Notes: generated by a model from the sequence alone, not told the origin. A stretch of 64,000 nt of DNA from Cytophagales bacterium (GCA_003454975.1 DMST01000116.1:26659-90658); one strand, 5' to 3'. Positions 1 through 9,806 are shown, counted from the first letter of the stretch. A program made the numbers and translations.

Positions 1-141
1 CGCGAAGTAAACGTGAGCGTATCCCCTATACCGGTGACTTGTCTCTATGGTTTTTTTTTGTGATTTTTTAGAGTCAATGAGCTATTTTGCCTGAACTTGA
101 AACGAGTTTGGATTTTCAGGGGCAAAGGACACAGAAACCTT

Positions 142-1569
142 ATGAAAAAGATTATACATTTTATTCAAAAGTCAGGAGTAGAAGATAGTCAGCCAGATTG
201 GTTTAAAAGGAGATTAGAAATTCTGAATTTTGTAGGAATTTTTACTGGTTTGGGTGTCGGTTTTGGATTTAGTGTACTATTCTTAGCGGTAGGTTACGAT
301 ACGGGTGTCCATTTGCCAGCCATTGGTTTCTTTACCTCCACACCCACGTTTCTCTACAACCGATATTTAAAAGCATACAAGTTTGCTAAACTGCAAACAG
401 GTTCTGGTCCTTTTATCCTAGTCTCAATTTTGCTGGTTAACATGGCTGTTCAGGGACGGGAGCCATATACAGCTTATTATGTTGTGGCTTTTGCCTTTAG
501 TCTGCTCCCTTTCTTGGTATGGGACCCCAGAGAGTCTCGTATGCTAATTGCCAACCTCTCCTTCAATGCCTTGGGCCTGCTCATGATACCTGCGTCTGTT
601 GAGCTGTTCGATTTCGAGCCCTACATTGACATGAGTACTTGGGATCTCACCCTTTCTACTACGGGAGTCATCCTGTACCTGTCCATTGTCTTCTCGCTCA
701 TTGCTTCCTACGCTACCCTCTTTCTGCTGGTCAATTTCAATTATGTAGCGGAAACTAAGAATCAAACCTTATTGCAAGAGGCGAAGGAAAATGCCAAGCA
801 GATTGCCGAGAATGAGAAAGAACTGCAAGGGAACTTAACGCAGATTAAAAAGTCGCAAGAGGAAGAGAAAGAGCGTCAGTGGATCAACGACGGCATTACC
901 GAACTCACCTCTATTCTCCGAAAGACGCAATCCAGCCAGGAGACCTTTGACGAAATGGTGTCCTTCATCGTGAATTATTCTGCTTCTAATCAAGGAGCGC
1001 TTTTCGAAACGGTTCGGCCAGATGAGATGGACTATAATAAGGATGTGTTCTTGGAACTTCGGTCCACCTACGCATACGGTCGGAAGAAATTCGTAAAGCG
1101 CCAGATATCTGAAGGTGAGGGACTCGTAGGGCAGGTGTTCCTGGAGAAGGAACCGTTTTATATGACCGAAGTTCCTGAGAAATATGTGAATATTACTTCA
1201 GGACTAGGTGAGGCACGTCCTCGGGCGGTTTTTATAGCCCCCTTGATAGATAATGATGAAGTAGAAGGGATCCTGGAGCTGGCCTCTTTCAAAGTGTTTG
1301 GCAGCCGGGAAAAGGAGTTTTTGAAGCAGAGTACAGAAATCATTGCGGCACATATCCGGAACACCCGGGTGAATGAAAGGACCCGGCTATTATTAGAACA
1401 GTCTCAGCAGCAGGCTGAGGAGATGAAAGCCCAGGAAGAGGAAATGCGTCAAAATGCTGAGGAAATGCAGGCAACTCAAGAAGAGATGCACCGGAAGGAA
1501 AGGGAGTATCTACAAAGGATTCAGCATTTAGAAAGTCAACTTGAATCTGTGCAGCAGCCACAGGGCTGA
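142..1569 (+). CDS. Membrane-anchored GAF-domain protein with a Q/E-rich C-terminal coiled coil and no recognisable output domain
   Basis: The ORF 97..1569 opens on TTG; the first ATG is at 142 (MKKIIHF). The N-terminal ~200 aa contain several hydrophobic helices. GLVGQVFLEKEPFYM...VFIAPLIDNDEVEGILELASF looks like a GAF core. The C-terminus (QQQAEEMKAQEEEMRQNAEEMQATQEEM) is heptad-like. A hairpin terminator follows. Confidence 0.75.
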   Translation: MKKIIHFIQKSGVEDSQPDWFKRRLEILNFVGIFTGLGVGFGFSVLFLAVGYDTGVHLPAIGFFTSTPTFLYNRYLKAYKFAKLQTGSGPFILVSILLVNMAVQGREPYTAYYVVAFAFSLLPFLVWDPRESRMLIANLSFNALGLLMIPASVELFDFEPYIDMSTWDLTLSTTGVILYLSIVFSLIASYATLFLLVNFNYVAETKNQTLLQEAKENAKQIAENEKELQGNLTQIKKSQEEEKERQWINDGITELTSILRKTQSSQETFDEMVSFIVNYSASNQGALFETVRPDEMDYNKDVFLELRSTYAYGRKKFVKRQISEGEGLVGQVFLEKEPFYMTEVPEKYVNITSGLGEARPRAVFIAPLIDNDEVEGILELASFKVFGSREKEFLKQSTEIIAAHIRNTRVNERTRLLLEQSQQQAEEMKAQEEEMRQNAEEMQATQEEMHRKEREYLQRIQHLESQLESVQQPQG

Positions 1570-1600
1570 CCTACACAAAGTATAACGCATAATTGATGAA

Positions 1601-1630
1601 GGGTCTCCAAAGATGGAGGCCCTTTTTTGT
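1601..1630 (+). terminator. Rho-independent terminator candidate
   Basis: GGGTCTCC (1601-1608) pairs with GGAGGCCC (1613-1620), including one G.U pair. A TTTTTT run follows at 1623-1628, directly after the stop at 1569. Confidence 0.6.
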
Positions 1631-1934
1631 TGACCGTGTGTGTGGTTTCCTAGTGAGATTCGGCTAGACAGCGTTGTCTTTCACATGAGTGCATTAATCG
1701 AAAATATCAGGCTATCCACCTAGTATATTTTTTTTGTCCGCTAATTCTAGTTAGTTATGTAGGGTAACTAGTTGAATGTAAAATTAATATTCAAATAATG
1801 TCAATCAGAAAACTTTCTTACAGGCTTTTATCGTATTAACAGTCATGCATTCATCCTAAAATACCCTGATGGATTAAAAAGTGTTCAAAAAATTCAAAAA
1901 ACTTACATAAGAATGTTTTTTGCATTTTTGGTAA

Positions 1935-1942
1935 TATTTTTG
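1935..1942 (+). promoter_or_regulatory. Candidate Bacteroidota -7 promoter box (TAnnTTTG) for the PKS gene
   Basis: TATTTTTG at 1935-1942 lies inside the 540-bp AT-rich leader upstream of the PKS start (2113). No clean -33 TTG was found at the expected spacing, so this is weak. Confidence 0.25.
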
Positions 1943-2112
1943 AACATCTGGTCGATGCTTTTATAAGGGAAAAGCAATAATAGAACTCCAAAAGCAGGCC
2001 TCACGGGCAGTATAGAAGGGGTGCAGGTAATTTTCCGCCAGCTAGAAAAAACGTAACTTCTAAATCAGAATTCATACGGTCAGTCGTAAATAAATTTTCA
2101 GACAAACAGGAA

Positions 2113-5100
2113 ATGGAACAAACAACGCCAACACGTCGAAAATTGCACGAAAAAGAGCCCCTTGCCATTATTGGTATGAGTGCTCGGCTTCCCGGAGACA
2201 TCTATGGCCCTGAAGGGCTATGGAGCAAGCTCTCGCAGGGAGTTGATGGTATTACCGATGTGCCAGGAGATCGCTGGAGCATTGAGAAATATTATGATCC
2301 TGATCCTGATAAAGCAGGAAAGATCAAGTCGAAAAAGGGTGGCTTTATCAAAGGCATGGCGGAGTTTGATGCTGAATTTTTTGATATCTACCCTAAAGTG
2401 GCTGAACGTATGGACCCCCGCCAGCGCCACCTGCTGGAAGTATCCTACGAGGCTATCGAAGACGCTGGGCTCACTTTGGATGAGCTGGACGGTTCTTTGA
2501 CTGCCTGTACCATGGGTGTGTTCTTGGGAGATGATTCCAAGAAGAATGCACACGACGCTTTGGAAGAGATTACTCCTCACACGGCCATGGGTAGTGCAGA
2601 TACCACCGTGCCTGCGCGTTTGGCTTTTAGCTACAACCTGCGTGGCCCTGTGTTCTCGGTAGATACCGCTTGTTCGTCTTCCCTGGTTGCTATTCACCTG
2701 GCCTGTCAAGCCATCTGGACCGGAGATGCTGATATGGCCATTTCTGGCGGGGTGAACATCATGGAAGATCCTGGGCACTCCATCGAGCTGTCAAAAGGGG
2801 GCTTCCTTAGCCCTGACGGTTATTGTAAAACTTTTGATGCTAGTGGTAATGGATATGTACGTGGCGAAGGCGTTGGCGTAGTAATTCTGAAACCCTTGTC
2901 GGATGCTGAAGCAGCGGGTGATCAAATTTATGCGGTCATTCGGAATACTGTTTCCAATTCTGATGGGTATACGGCTGATGGTATGACCGTGCCTAATGAG
3001 TTTGCCCAGATGGACATGCTCAAGAAGGCCTACGGTGATGTGGGTATCCACCCTGCTGATGTGGACTATATGGAGGCCCACGGTACGGGTACTTCGGTGG
3101 GTGACCCAAAGGAAACCTACGCCTTTGGTCACGTGTTTGCCGATGGGCGTGATGCCAACAAGCCCTTGGTAATGGGCTCTATCAAATCCAACATTGGGCA
3201 TACAGAGGCAGTAGCGGGAGTTGCTGGTTTGATGAAATTGGCTCAGGCGATTAACCACAAAGAGATTCCACGAAATCTGCACTTCAAGACCCCGAACCCA
3301 GGGATCAAATTTGACGAGTGGAAACTAAAGGTACCCACTGAGCAGACACCTTGGCCCGAGACAGGAGATCGCCCTGCCCGCGGTGGAGTTAACTCATTTG
3401 GCGCTGGGGGTACCAATGCTCACGCGGTATTGGAGGAGTATGTTCCCACGGAGAATCGTAAGGAAGACAAGCCTGCTGACGAGAAGCGCTATGAATTCCC
3501 GATGGTCTTCGACTTGTCCGCCAAGTCGGAAGCAGGTCTGAAAGCTACCGCTGACCGGTACGTAGACTACTTGCAAGAAACAGAGGAGTCTCTGGCTTCT
3601 ATCTGTTATTCGTTGAATAAGCGGCGCACCAAACACACCCATCGGGTTATCATCTCGGCGTCTTCCAAAGAAGGAGTTGCGCAAGCACTACAGGCGTTTA
3701 TTCGGGGAGATGAATTTGACGGTGTGGTAACCGGTACTACAGACAAAGACAAGAAGCTTAAGATTGCCTTCGTCTGTTCTGGTCAAGGGCCACAGTGGTA
3801 CGCGATGGGCCGCCAGCTGATGGAAACCAGTGAGGTTTTCCGTCAAACCGTAAAAGACATCGATGTCATCTTCAACCGTCTTTCTGGCTACTCGCTTTGG
3901 GAAGAGATGAACCGGGACAAAGACGAGACTCGAATTGGTGAGACTCGTATTGCTCAGCCTTCTATTATGGCCATGCAGATTGGCCTGATCCACATGTGGA
4001 GAGAGCTCGGGGTTGAGCCAGAGGGGCTGGTAGGCCACTCCATTGGTGAGGTAGCTGCAGCCTATGGCTCAGGAGCTCTTACTCTGGAGCAAGCGGTAGA
4101 TGTGATATATAACCGCTCCAAGGAGCAAGATCGCGCTTCTGGCGCAGGGGTGATGTTGGCTGTGGGTCAAACTCTGGCAGACGCCATGAAGGAGATTCGT
4201 GGGGTGGAAGATCGCGTCTCTATTGCGGCGATCAACGGCCCTGAGATGCTGACCCTGGCTGGGGATAAAGAGCCCATCGAAGAGATTGCAAAACGGCTGG
4301 AGGAGAAAGAGGTTTTCAATAAGTTTTTGCGTGTAAGTGTACCTTTCCATAGCCACCACATGGAGCCTCTGAAGGAGGACCTGCTGGCAGGATTGGCCCA
4401 CTTGGAGCCAGGAGAAGCAAAAACTCCTTTGTATTCTACCGTTACTGGTCAGGAAGAAGATGGTTTGCACCTCACCAGTGATTATTGGTACTCCAACGTG
4501 CGGGATACAGTGTACTTCACTGCCGCAATAGAAGAGATGATCAACGATGGCTACAATGTATTCGTTGAGATTGCTCCTCACCCCGTATTAGGTGCTAGTG
4601 TGAACGATATGTTGGGCTCTATGAACAAGCAAGGGACCATCATCACCTCGGCACGTCGGGATATTAAAAAGTTTGAAGGGGGCGTAAAATATGAAGAGTC
4701 TACTTTCCTGCGTGGAGCTTCGCAGTTGGCCATCACTGGTGCCAAGGTAGACTGGACCGTGCTGTACCAAGGTAGCGATGCTAAATATGTGAAACTGCCA
4801 CGCTACGTATGGCAGCATCAGGAGTTCTGGTCTGAGACCAAGGAGCACCGCAAGTGGAGAACGGAGGTAGATGCCCACCCCTTGGTGGAGAACTTCCAGT
4901 TTGGGGCGGATAGCGCTGTGAATACCTTCAATCTGCGTCCGGACAAGCGCGTAGAGAAGTGGTTGGTAGATCACGTAATTGATGATGTATTGGTAGTGCC
5001 AGGTACTGGTCAGGTAGAAATGGCCAATACTGTGGGCAAGATGAAATATGGTGAGGATTTCAATTTTGTAGAAGACCTCAACTTTGACCAGGCCTTAACC

Positions 5101-8100
5101 CTGCCAGATGATGGTCCTTCTCCCTATGTCCGGTTGCGTTTCATTTCCCAAGAAGAAGGGGAGTATGTAATTGAGAGTGCTGACCGTGAGGATGACGAAT
5201 TGGTATGGAAGCAGCACAGCTCGGGTAAAATGAATTTCCTAGGGGATTCGTTTGAGTCAAGAACTGCGGACCTGGAGGTTATTCGTCAGCGCTGTACAGA
5301 GGCAGTGGATGTAACTGCCATGTATCAGGATGTGGCTAGCTATGGTCTGAAGTATGGCCCTACATTTCGCCTGGTGCAAGACATGAACCTTGGGGGAGAT
5401 GCTGAAATACTAAGTACCGTAAAGCTACACGATAGTTTAGGGTATGGAGCGGATCGTTTCGCCTTCCATCCGGCCCTACTGGATGCTAGTTTGCATACCA
5501 TCTTCGGCCAGCGCAAGTCTTACAACGGTAAGAAAGGAAACTACCTTCCAGCCCATATCGATCGGGTAAAAGTATACCAAAAGCCCGATGCAGAGGTATT
5601 GGTGTATGTGAAAATGACCCGCAACGATGCTGACTTCTTAAATGGTGACTATATCATCATGAATCTGGACGGCACCGTGGTGGCTGAGATCCAAGGGTTA
5701 GTATGTAAGTACGTAAAAGGTTCGCGTGGTGAGAGTTTGGACTCTGATTATGAGGGGGTAGCCGAATACGTATGGCAGGCTGCTTCAATAGATGAGCTGT
5801 TGGAAGGCAAAGATGCGGGTGAGCCCAAAGTGGGTAATGTGTTGGTATTGGCCGACGGTACGGGTGTAGGCGAGCACATGATCAATGCCCTCAAAGGCAA
5901 AGTCGATAATCTGTTTGTAGCCCGGAAAGGCGATGCCTATGCAGAAAATACTGTGGATGGCGTGAAAGAATTCACCCTTCCTCTCTCTAAGTATTCTGAT
6001 AAACTAGACCTACAGGAGGCTGGAGATGACAAATCTCCTGAAAAACTGCAGCCCGAATACGAGCAAGAATTGGCTCTGTATTCTCAAATGATCCAAGCGG
6101 CGGGTGCCAATAGCATCGATAAGATTGTGTACCTGTGGGGATTGGATAATACAGTAAACGACGATACCGATTCGGAGACCTTTACCCGCCAAAGCCAGGA
6201 CCTGTTCTTTGGTGCAGTAAACACCATCAAAGCGCTTACTACCGCCAATGAGGATTATACTGGTCAGTTTTGGTTCGTTACCCAAGGCCTGGAACGAGTA
6301 ACCCACGCCGAGGAGCAAATTAACTTCGGCCAAGGTGGTATGTATGGCATCATGCGGGTGCTAGTCAATGAATATCCTAGCATAGCCGTTCGTGCCGTAG
6401 ACTTGGAGAACCATGCTGGTGCTGAGCAATTGGATCTGCTGGTATCTGAAGTGACTACCTATGGCGAAGTACTGAAAAACGTAGAGGTAGCCTTGCGCGG
6501 AACGGATCGTTACCAACGAGTGGCTACCCAAGTAACTGCTGAGGATGCTGAAGACCGGGCGGCTAGAAAGATGAATGCTGCTGGTGCTTGGTTCCACGCA
6601 GACGTAAAAACCATCGGAGATGCGGAATCCATAGTCTTCCGGGAGAAGGTGCAAGCCGACCTGGGCGCTGGTGAAGTACTCGTTGAGGTGAAGGCTGCTG
6701 GTGTTTCCAAAGTAGACGTGGACATCGTGATGAGCCCCGAGTCAGAAGAAGAAGCTTCGTTTGGATATACTGGCAACCGATTGGGCCGTGAAGCGGCTGG
6801 AGTTGTGAAAGCAGTAGGCGAAGGAGTTTCTGCACTGGCAGTAGGCGACGAAGTATACGGTTGGGTAAATGAAGGGGTAGCAGGTATGGCTACTGCCTTG
6901 GAGCGTACCTTGGCTAAGAAGCCTGCCCACATTTCTTTTGAAGAAGCGGCCACTATTACTGTTCCGTTCATGACGGCCCACTATGCGTTGGGTTCTCTGG
7001 CACAATTAGACGAAGGTGAGCGGATTCTGATTCATAATGCCAATACTGGCATTGGCGTGGCGGCCATTCACTTTGCACAGAAGTTGGGTGCTGAGATTTT
7101 TGCTACGGCTAAAACAGAAGAGCAACGGCAGTATGTTCGCGACCTGGGAGTTGAACATGTATTCGATTCAGACTCTGGCAAATCAGAGTTTTATAAAGGG
7201 ATTCTGAAGGCTATCGGTAGTACGGAAGAAGAGAAGAAGCGCGGAGTAATTGATGTGGTCCTCAATAGCCTTTCTGGCAAGGCGACTACACAAAGCATGC
7301 GCTTGTTGAGAGACTTCGGTCGCTTCATCGAATTGAGCAAGGAAGATATCAACGACAACCGACAGCTGAGCTTGGCCAACTTTGGTCGTAACCTGGCCTA
7401 TTTCGCCATGGATATGGATCGCCTGGTGAAGAATAAGCCACGCGTGGCTACGCGGATCTTCCAAGAGGTAGTTGCACTCTTCGAAAACAAAACCGTAACT
7501 CCCGTAAGCCCCAAGGTATTCTCAGTGGGTGATACTCAGGAGGCCATTAAGTTCTTGGCTGACGGTGAGAATATCGGTAAGGTTGCTCTTTCCATCGACG
7601 GCGAGTTGAGCTTGCTGCCCATGAAGGAGCTACGTCTGATGAAGAATGGTAGCTACCTGATCTCTGGTGGTATGGGAGGTTTAGGCCTCACCTTGGCGCG
7701 CAACTTCGCTGGGCTAGGGGCAGGTACTGTGGTGCTCTTGTCTCGTAGCGGTCGGGCCAAAACAGACCGTGATAAGCGCCTCATCCAGGAAATGGAAGAT
7801 ATGGGTACTAAGGTGCTCATGCCTACGGGTGATGTGGCGGATTATGCCCGTATTCAAGAAGTAATTGCTGAGTTGAAAGACGAGGCTCCTCTTCGCGGGG
7901 TGGTACACAGCGCGGCGCTTATGAAGGACTCTACCTTCGGTAATATGGGCCCTGGCACCTACTACAAGGCCTTCCAAGCAAAAGCCTTGGGTGCTTTTAA
8001 CCTGCACAAAGCGGTTAAGGATATCGATACGGTAGACTTCTTTATGCCGATCTCGTCTATCTCTGCCTTTGTAGGTCTGCCGGGTCAGTCCAACTACTCT

Positions 8101-9732
8101 GCAGCCAACAACTTCGAGGATAAGCTATCACTACATCGTCAAGTACTTGGGCTGCGCGGTAGTGCTATTCAGTACGGTGTATTGAGCGGTGAAATAGCCG
8201 GTCTGTCACGCGAAGTAGGTGAAGAGACCGTGCTTAAAGTACTTGAGCAACAAGGTTGGGATATCATGCCCGAGAACCGGATTGTGAATCATGCAAACCG
8301 TCTGATCCTGGATCAGGCTCCGTTCCGGATGCATGCGGATATGCATTGGGGCCAGTTTGGTGAGTTCTTCGCACATCTGCAAAAAGACAGTCGCTTCGAA
8401 GAAGTCCTGAAAAATGCCAAGCAAGGTTCTGGTGGTGAAGGCGGCGGTAGCTTGCTGGACCAATTGAAGAATCTGGACGAAGATGGTAGAAATGCCAAGC
8501 TGCAGGAAGAGGCACAAGGTGCATTGGCTAAAATCCTGGGTACAAGTGCCGATAAGATTGATATCGACAAATCCATCTCTAAGATTGGTTTGGATTCCTT
8601 GATGCTCAATCAACTGCGCAACTGGATTCAAGGTAAGTTGGAGATCAACTTCCCGTTGATGAAGATTGCCAAAGGGCCCACCATCATCGAGCTAGCTGAG
8701 GAGATTCTAAAAATTGTAGAACTGGATACTGCGGCAGGTGCTGGTGATTCCGGTGCAGCCAAGGATGCTAAGCCTGCAGTGAAGGAAATCCCCACTATGA
8801 CGGAGAACGGCGTTACGTTTGAAGCCAAGGATGGCCTATGGATTTCTAAAGACAACTGGCTAGCTAGAGCAGAAGGTGTTAATGACAATGCATCCCTCCA
8901 AATGTTCTGTATGCACGGAATGGGAGGCGAAAGTGAGATGTTCTTCCCCTTCATGCTGAGCTCGCCTAAGGATACCAAGGTGTTCACCATGCAGCAGCCC
9001 GGTCGTGGTCATGGCTCAGGCGCTACTATGGATCGTAGTGGGGAACCCCAATACGCGAAAAGTGAGCAGCTATTGGAGAAAATGATGGAAGTCCTTCTGC
9101 CATGGCTCAACAAGCCTACCATTTTCTGGGGCCACAGTATGGGAGGAATGGAGCTGTGGGAGATTTCTCGCCGACTCAAAGCCAACCATCCTGAGGCGTA
9201 TGCCAATGTGAAAGGTTTGGTGATTTCCGGCACGGCTAGCCCCATTGCCTTGGACAACTGGAAAACCAAGCGAATGCTCGTGGATTCGTTGAACCTGCCG
9301 GTAGATGCTTCTGAAGAACGATTGGATGAGTTGGTAGAGCATTTTAGAGCCATGATGCCAGAGCTACAGAGTGCTACCTTCTTGAAGCGTGTTATCCAAG
9401 TAATGGGTAGAGACATGCGGATGTGGCATGACTTTGAGCCCGATCCAAATCGTGTTCCTCTGGACTTGCCATTGCTTGCACTGGCCTCTACTGAAGATGG
9501 GGTAACTCCTTTCGAAGAGGAATTCCTTCCTTGGAAACAAGAAGTGGAAGAAGGCAAATTTGACTTGGTGGAATTTTTGGGAGACCACTGGTTCCTGACC
9601 ACTCGAGTGAAGAAGAAGGAGGCTGATGGTAGCTTTGCCACCGACGAAAAGGGTAATACCATTGAATTGGCTAATAACGAGGAAATCGTAAAAGAGAATA
9701 TCCAGCGGTTTATTAACCAGTGGGTAGGCTAA
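2113..9732 (+). CDS. Type I polyketide synthase, single fully reducing module KS-AT-DH-psiKR-ER-KR-ACP-TE (FAS/MAS-like, probably iterative)
   Basis: A 2539-aa ORF with an ATG start. The motifs DTACSSS, EAHGTGT, SNIGHTE (KS), GHSIGE (AT), HVIDDVLVVPG (DH), LIHNANTGIGVAA (ER), GGMGGLG plus SNYSAAN (KR), GLDSLM (ACP), and GHSMGG plus GDHWF (TE) occur in canonical order. Confidence 0.95.
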   Translation: MEQTTPTRRKLHEKEPLAIIGMSARLPGDIYGPEGLWSKLSQGVDGITDVPGDRWSIEKYYDPDPDKAGKIKSKKGGFIKGMAEFDAEFFDIYPKVAERMDPRQRHLLEVSYEAIEDAGLTLDELDGSLTACTMGVFLGDDSKKNAHDALEEITPHTAMGSADTTVPARLAFSYNLRGPVFSVDTACSSSLVAIHLACQAIWTGDADMAISGGVNIMEDPGHSIELSKGGFLSPDGYCKTFDASGNGYVRGEGVGVVILKPLSDAEAAGDQIYAVIRNTVSNSDGYTADGMTVPNEFAQMDMLKKAYGDVGIHPADVDYMEAHGTGTSVGDPKETYAFGHVFADGRDANKPLVMGSIKSNIGHTEAVAGVAGLMKLAQAINHKEIPRNLHFKTPNPGIKFDEWKLKVPTEQTPWPETGDRPARGGVNSFGAGGTNAHAVLEEYVPTENRKEDKPADEKRYEFPMVFDLSAKSEAGLKATADRYVDYLQETEESLASICYSLNKRRTKHTHRVIISASSKEGVAQALQAFIRGDEFDGVVTGTTDKDKKLKIAFVCSGQGPQWYAMGRQLMETSEVFRQTVKDIDVIFNRLSGYSLWEEMNRDKDETRIGETRIAQPSIMAMQIGLIHMWRELGVEPEGLVGHSIGEVAAAYGSGALTLEQAVDVIYNRSKEQDRASGAGVMLAVGQTLADAMKEIRGVEDRVSIAAINGPEMLTLAGDKEPIEEIAKRLEEKEVFNKFLRVSVPFHSHHMEPLKEDLLAGLAHLEPGEAKTPLYSTVTGQEEDGLHLTSDYWYSNVRDTVYFTAAIEEMINDGYNVFVEIAPHPVLGASVNDMLGSMNKQGTIITSARRDIKKFEGGVKYEESTFLRGASQLAITGAKVDWTVLYQGSDAKYVKLPRYVWQHQEFWSETKEHRKWRTEVDAHPLVENFQFGADSAVNTFNLRPDKRVEKWLVDHVIDDVLVVPGTGQVEMANTVGKMKYGEDFNFVEDLNFDQALTLPDDGPSPYVRLRFISQEEGEYVIESADREDDELVWKQHSSGKMNFLGDSFESRTADLEVIRQRCTEAVDVTAMYQDVASYGLKYGPTFRLVQDMNLGGDAEILSTVKLHDSLGYGADRFAFHPALLDASLHTIFGQRKSYNGKKGNYLPAHIDRVKVYQKPDAEVLVYVKMTRNDADFLNGDYIIMNLDGTVVAEIQGLVCKYVKGSRGESLDSDYEGVAEYVWQAASIDELLEGKDAGEPKVGNVLVLADGTGVGEHMINALKGKVDNLFVARKGDAYAENTVDGVKEFTLPLSKYSDKLDLQEAGDDKSPEKLQPEYEQELALYSQMIQAAGANSIDKIVYLWGLDNTVNDDTDSETFTRQSQDLFFGAVNTIKALTTANEDYTGQFWFVTQGLERVTHAEEQINFGQGGMYGIMRVLVNEYPSIAVRAVDLENHAGAEQLDLLVSEVTTYGEVLKNVEVALRGTDRYQRVATQVTAEDAEDRAARKMNAAGAWFHADVKTIGDAESIVFREKVQADLGAGEVLVEVKAAGVSKVDVDIVMSPESEEEASFGYTGNRLGREAAGVVKAVGEGVSALAVGDEVYGWVNEGVAGMATALERTLAKKPAHISFEEAATITVPFMTAHYALGSLAQLDEGERILIHNANTGIGVAAIHFAQKLGAEIFATAKTEEQRQYVRDLGVEHVFDSDSGKSEFYKGILKAIGSTEEEKKRGVIDVVLNSLSGKATTQSMRLLRDFGRFIELSKEDINDNRQLSLANFGRNLAYFAMDMDRLVKNKPRVATRIFQEVVALFENKTVTPVSPKVFSVGDTQEAIKFLADGENIGKVALSIDGELSLLPMKELRLMKNGSYLISGGMGGLGLTLARNFAGLGAGTVVLLSRSGRAKTDRDKRLIQEMEDMGTKVLMPTGDVADYARIQEVIAELKDEAPLRGVVHSAALMKDSTFGNMGPGTYYKAFQAKALGAFNLHKAVKDIDTVDFFMPISSISAFVGLPGQSNYSAANNFEDKLSLHRQVLGLRGSAIQYGVLSGEIAGLSREVGEETVLKVLEQQGWDIMPENRIVNHANRLILDQAPFRMHADMHWGQFGEFFAHLQKDSRFEEVLKNAKQGSGGEGGGSLLDQLKNLDEDGRNAKLQEEAQGALAKILGTSADKIDIDKSISKIGLDSLMLNQLRNWIQGKLEINFPLMKIAKGPTIIELAEEILKIVELDTAAGAGDSGAAKDAKPAVKEIPTMTENGVTFEAKDGLWISKDNWLARAEGVNDNASLQMFCMHGMGGESEMFFPFMLSSPKDTKVFTMQQPGRGHGSGATMDRSGEPQYAKSEQLLEKMMEVLLPWLNKPTIFWGHSMGGMELWEISRRLKANHPEAYANVKGLVISGTASPIALDNWKTKRMLVDSLNLPVDASEERLDELVEHFRAMMPELQSATFLKRVIQVMGRDMRMWHDFEPDPNRVPLDLPLLALASTEDGVTPFEEEFLPWKQEVEEGKFDLVEFLGDHWFLTTRVKKKEADGSFATDEKGNTIELANNEEIVKENIQRFINQWVG
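2155..3440 (+). other. PKS ketosynthase (KS) domain
   Basis: Runs from EPLAIIGMSARLPG to GGTNAHAVLEEY. The active-site Cys codon is at 2671-2673 (DTACSSS). The HGTGT and KSNIGHTE His motifs are present. Confidence 0.9.
3760..4662 (+). other. PKS acyltransferase (AT) domain, malonyl-like
   Basis: Contains KIAFVCSGQGPQW and GHSIGE, with the Ser codon at 4039-4041. The downstream VPFHSHHM resembles the xAFH (malonyl) motif rather than YASH (methylmalonyl). Confidence 0.85.
4876..5720 (+). other. PKS dehydratase (DH) domain
   Basis: Begins at HPLVENF. The catalytic-His motif is LVDHVIDDVLVVPGTG (His codon 4972-4974), followed by a double-hotdog-sized region ending near VCKYVKG. Confidence 0.8.
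6590..7597 (+). other. PKS enoylreductase (ER) domain (MDR family)
   Basis: Contains GEVLVEVKAAGV, GDEVYGW, ILIHNANTGIGVAAIHFAQKLGAEIFATA (nucleotide-binding stretch at about 7031-7065) and GENIGKVAL. The preceding 5800-6560 has the size and position expected of a psi-KR structural subdomain. Confidence 0.8.
7648..8200 (+). other. PKS ketoreductase (KR) domain
   Basis: Contains the Rossmann motif YLISGGMGGLGLTLA. The catalytic Tyr in GQSNYSAAN is at 8095-8097. Confidence 0.85.
8500..8720 (+). other. PKS acyl carrier protein (ACP) domain
   Basis: Contains LAKILGTSADKIDIDKSISKIGLDSLMLNQLRNW. The phosphopantetheine-attachment Ser codon is at 8596-8598. Confidence 0.9.
8896..9620 (+). other. 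PKS thioesterase (TE) domain (alpha/beta hydrolase)
   Basis: Starts at LQMFCMHGMGG. The nucleophile elbow is WGHSMGG (Ser codon 9136-9138). The His in LGDHWFL is at 9586-9588. Confidence 0.85.
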
Positions 9733-9761
9733 AGTTTTCCTTGAAGCATAATTAATAGCAA

Positions 9762-9797
9762 AGGGAATTGCCCATCGGGGTAATTCCCTATTTTTGT
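9762..9797 (+). terminator. Strong intrinsic terminator between the PKS and the PPTase; its T-tract doubles as a TAnnTTTG box
   Basis: A 12-bp stem, AGGGAATTGCCC (9762-9773) pairing with GGGTAATTCCCT (9778-9789), includes one G.U pair and closes a tetraloop ATCG. It is followed by ATTTTTGTTTG. TATTTTTG (9789-9796) matches the Bacteroidota -7 consensus and lies 10 nt before the PPTase ATG at 9807. Confidence 0.8.
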
Positions 9798-9806
9798 TTG
9801 TAGCGT

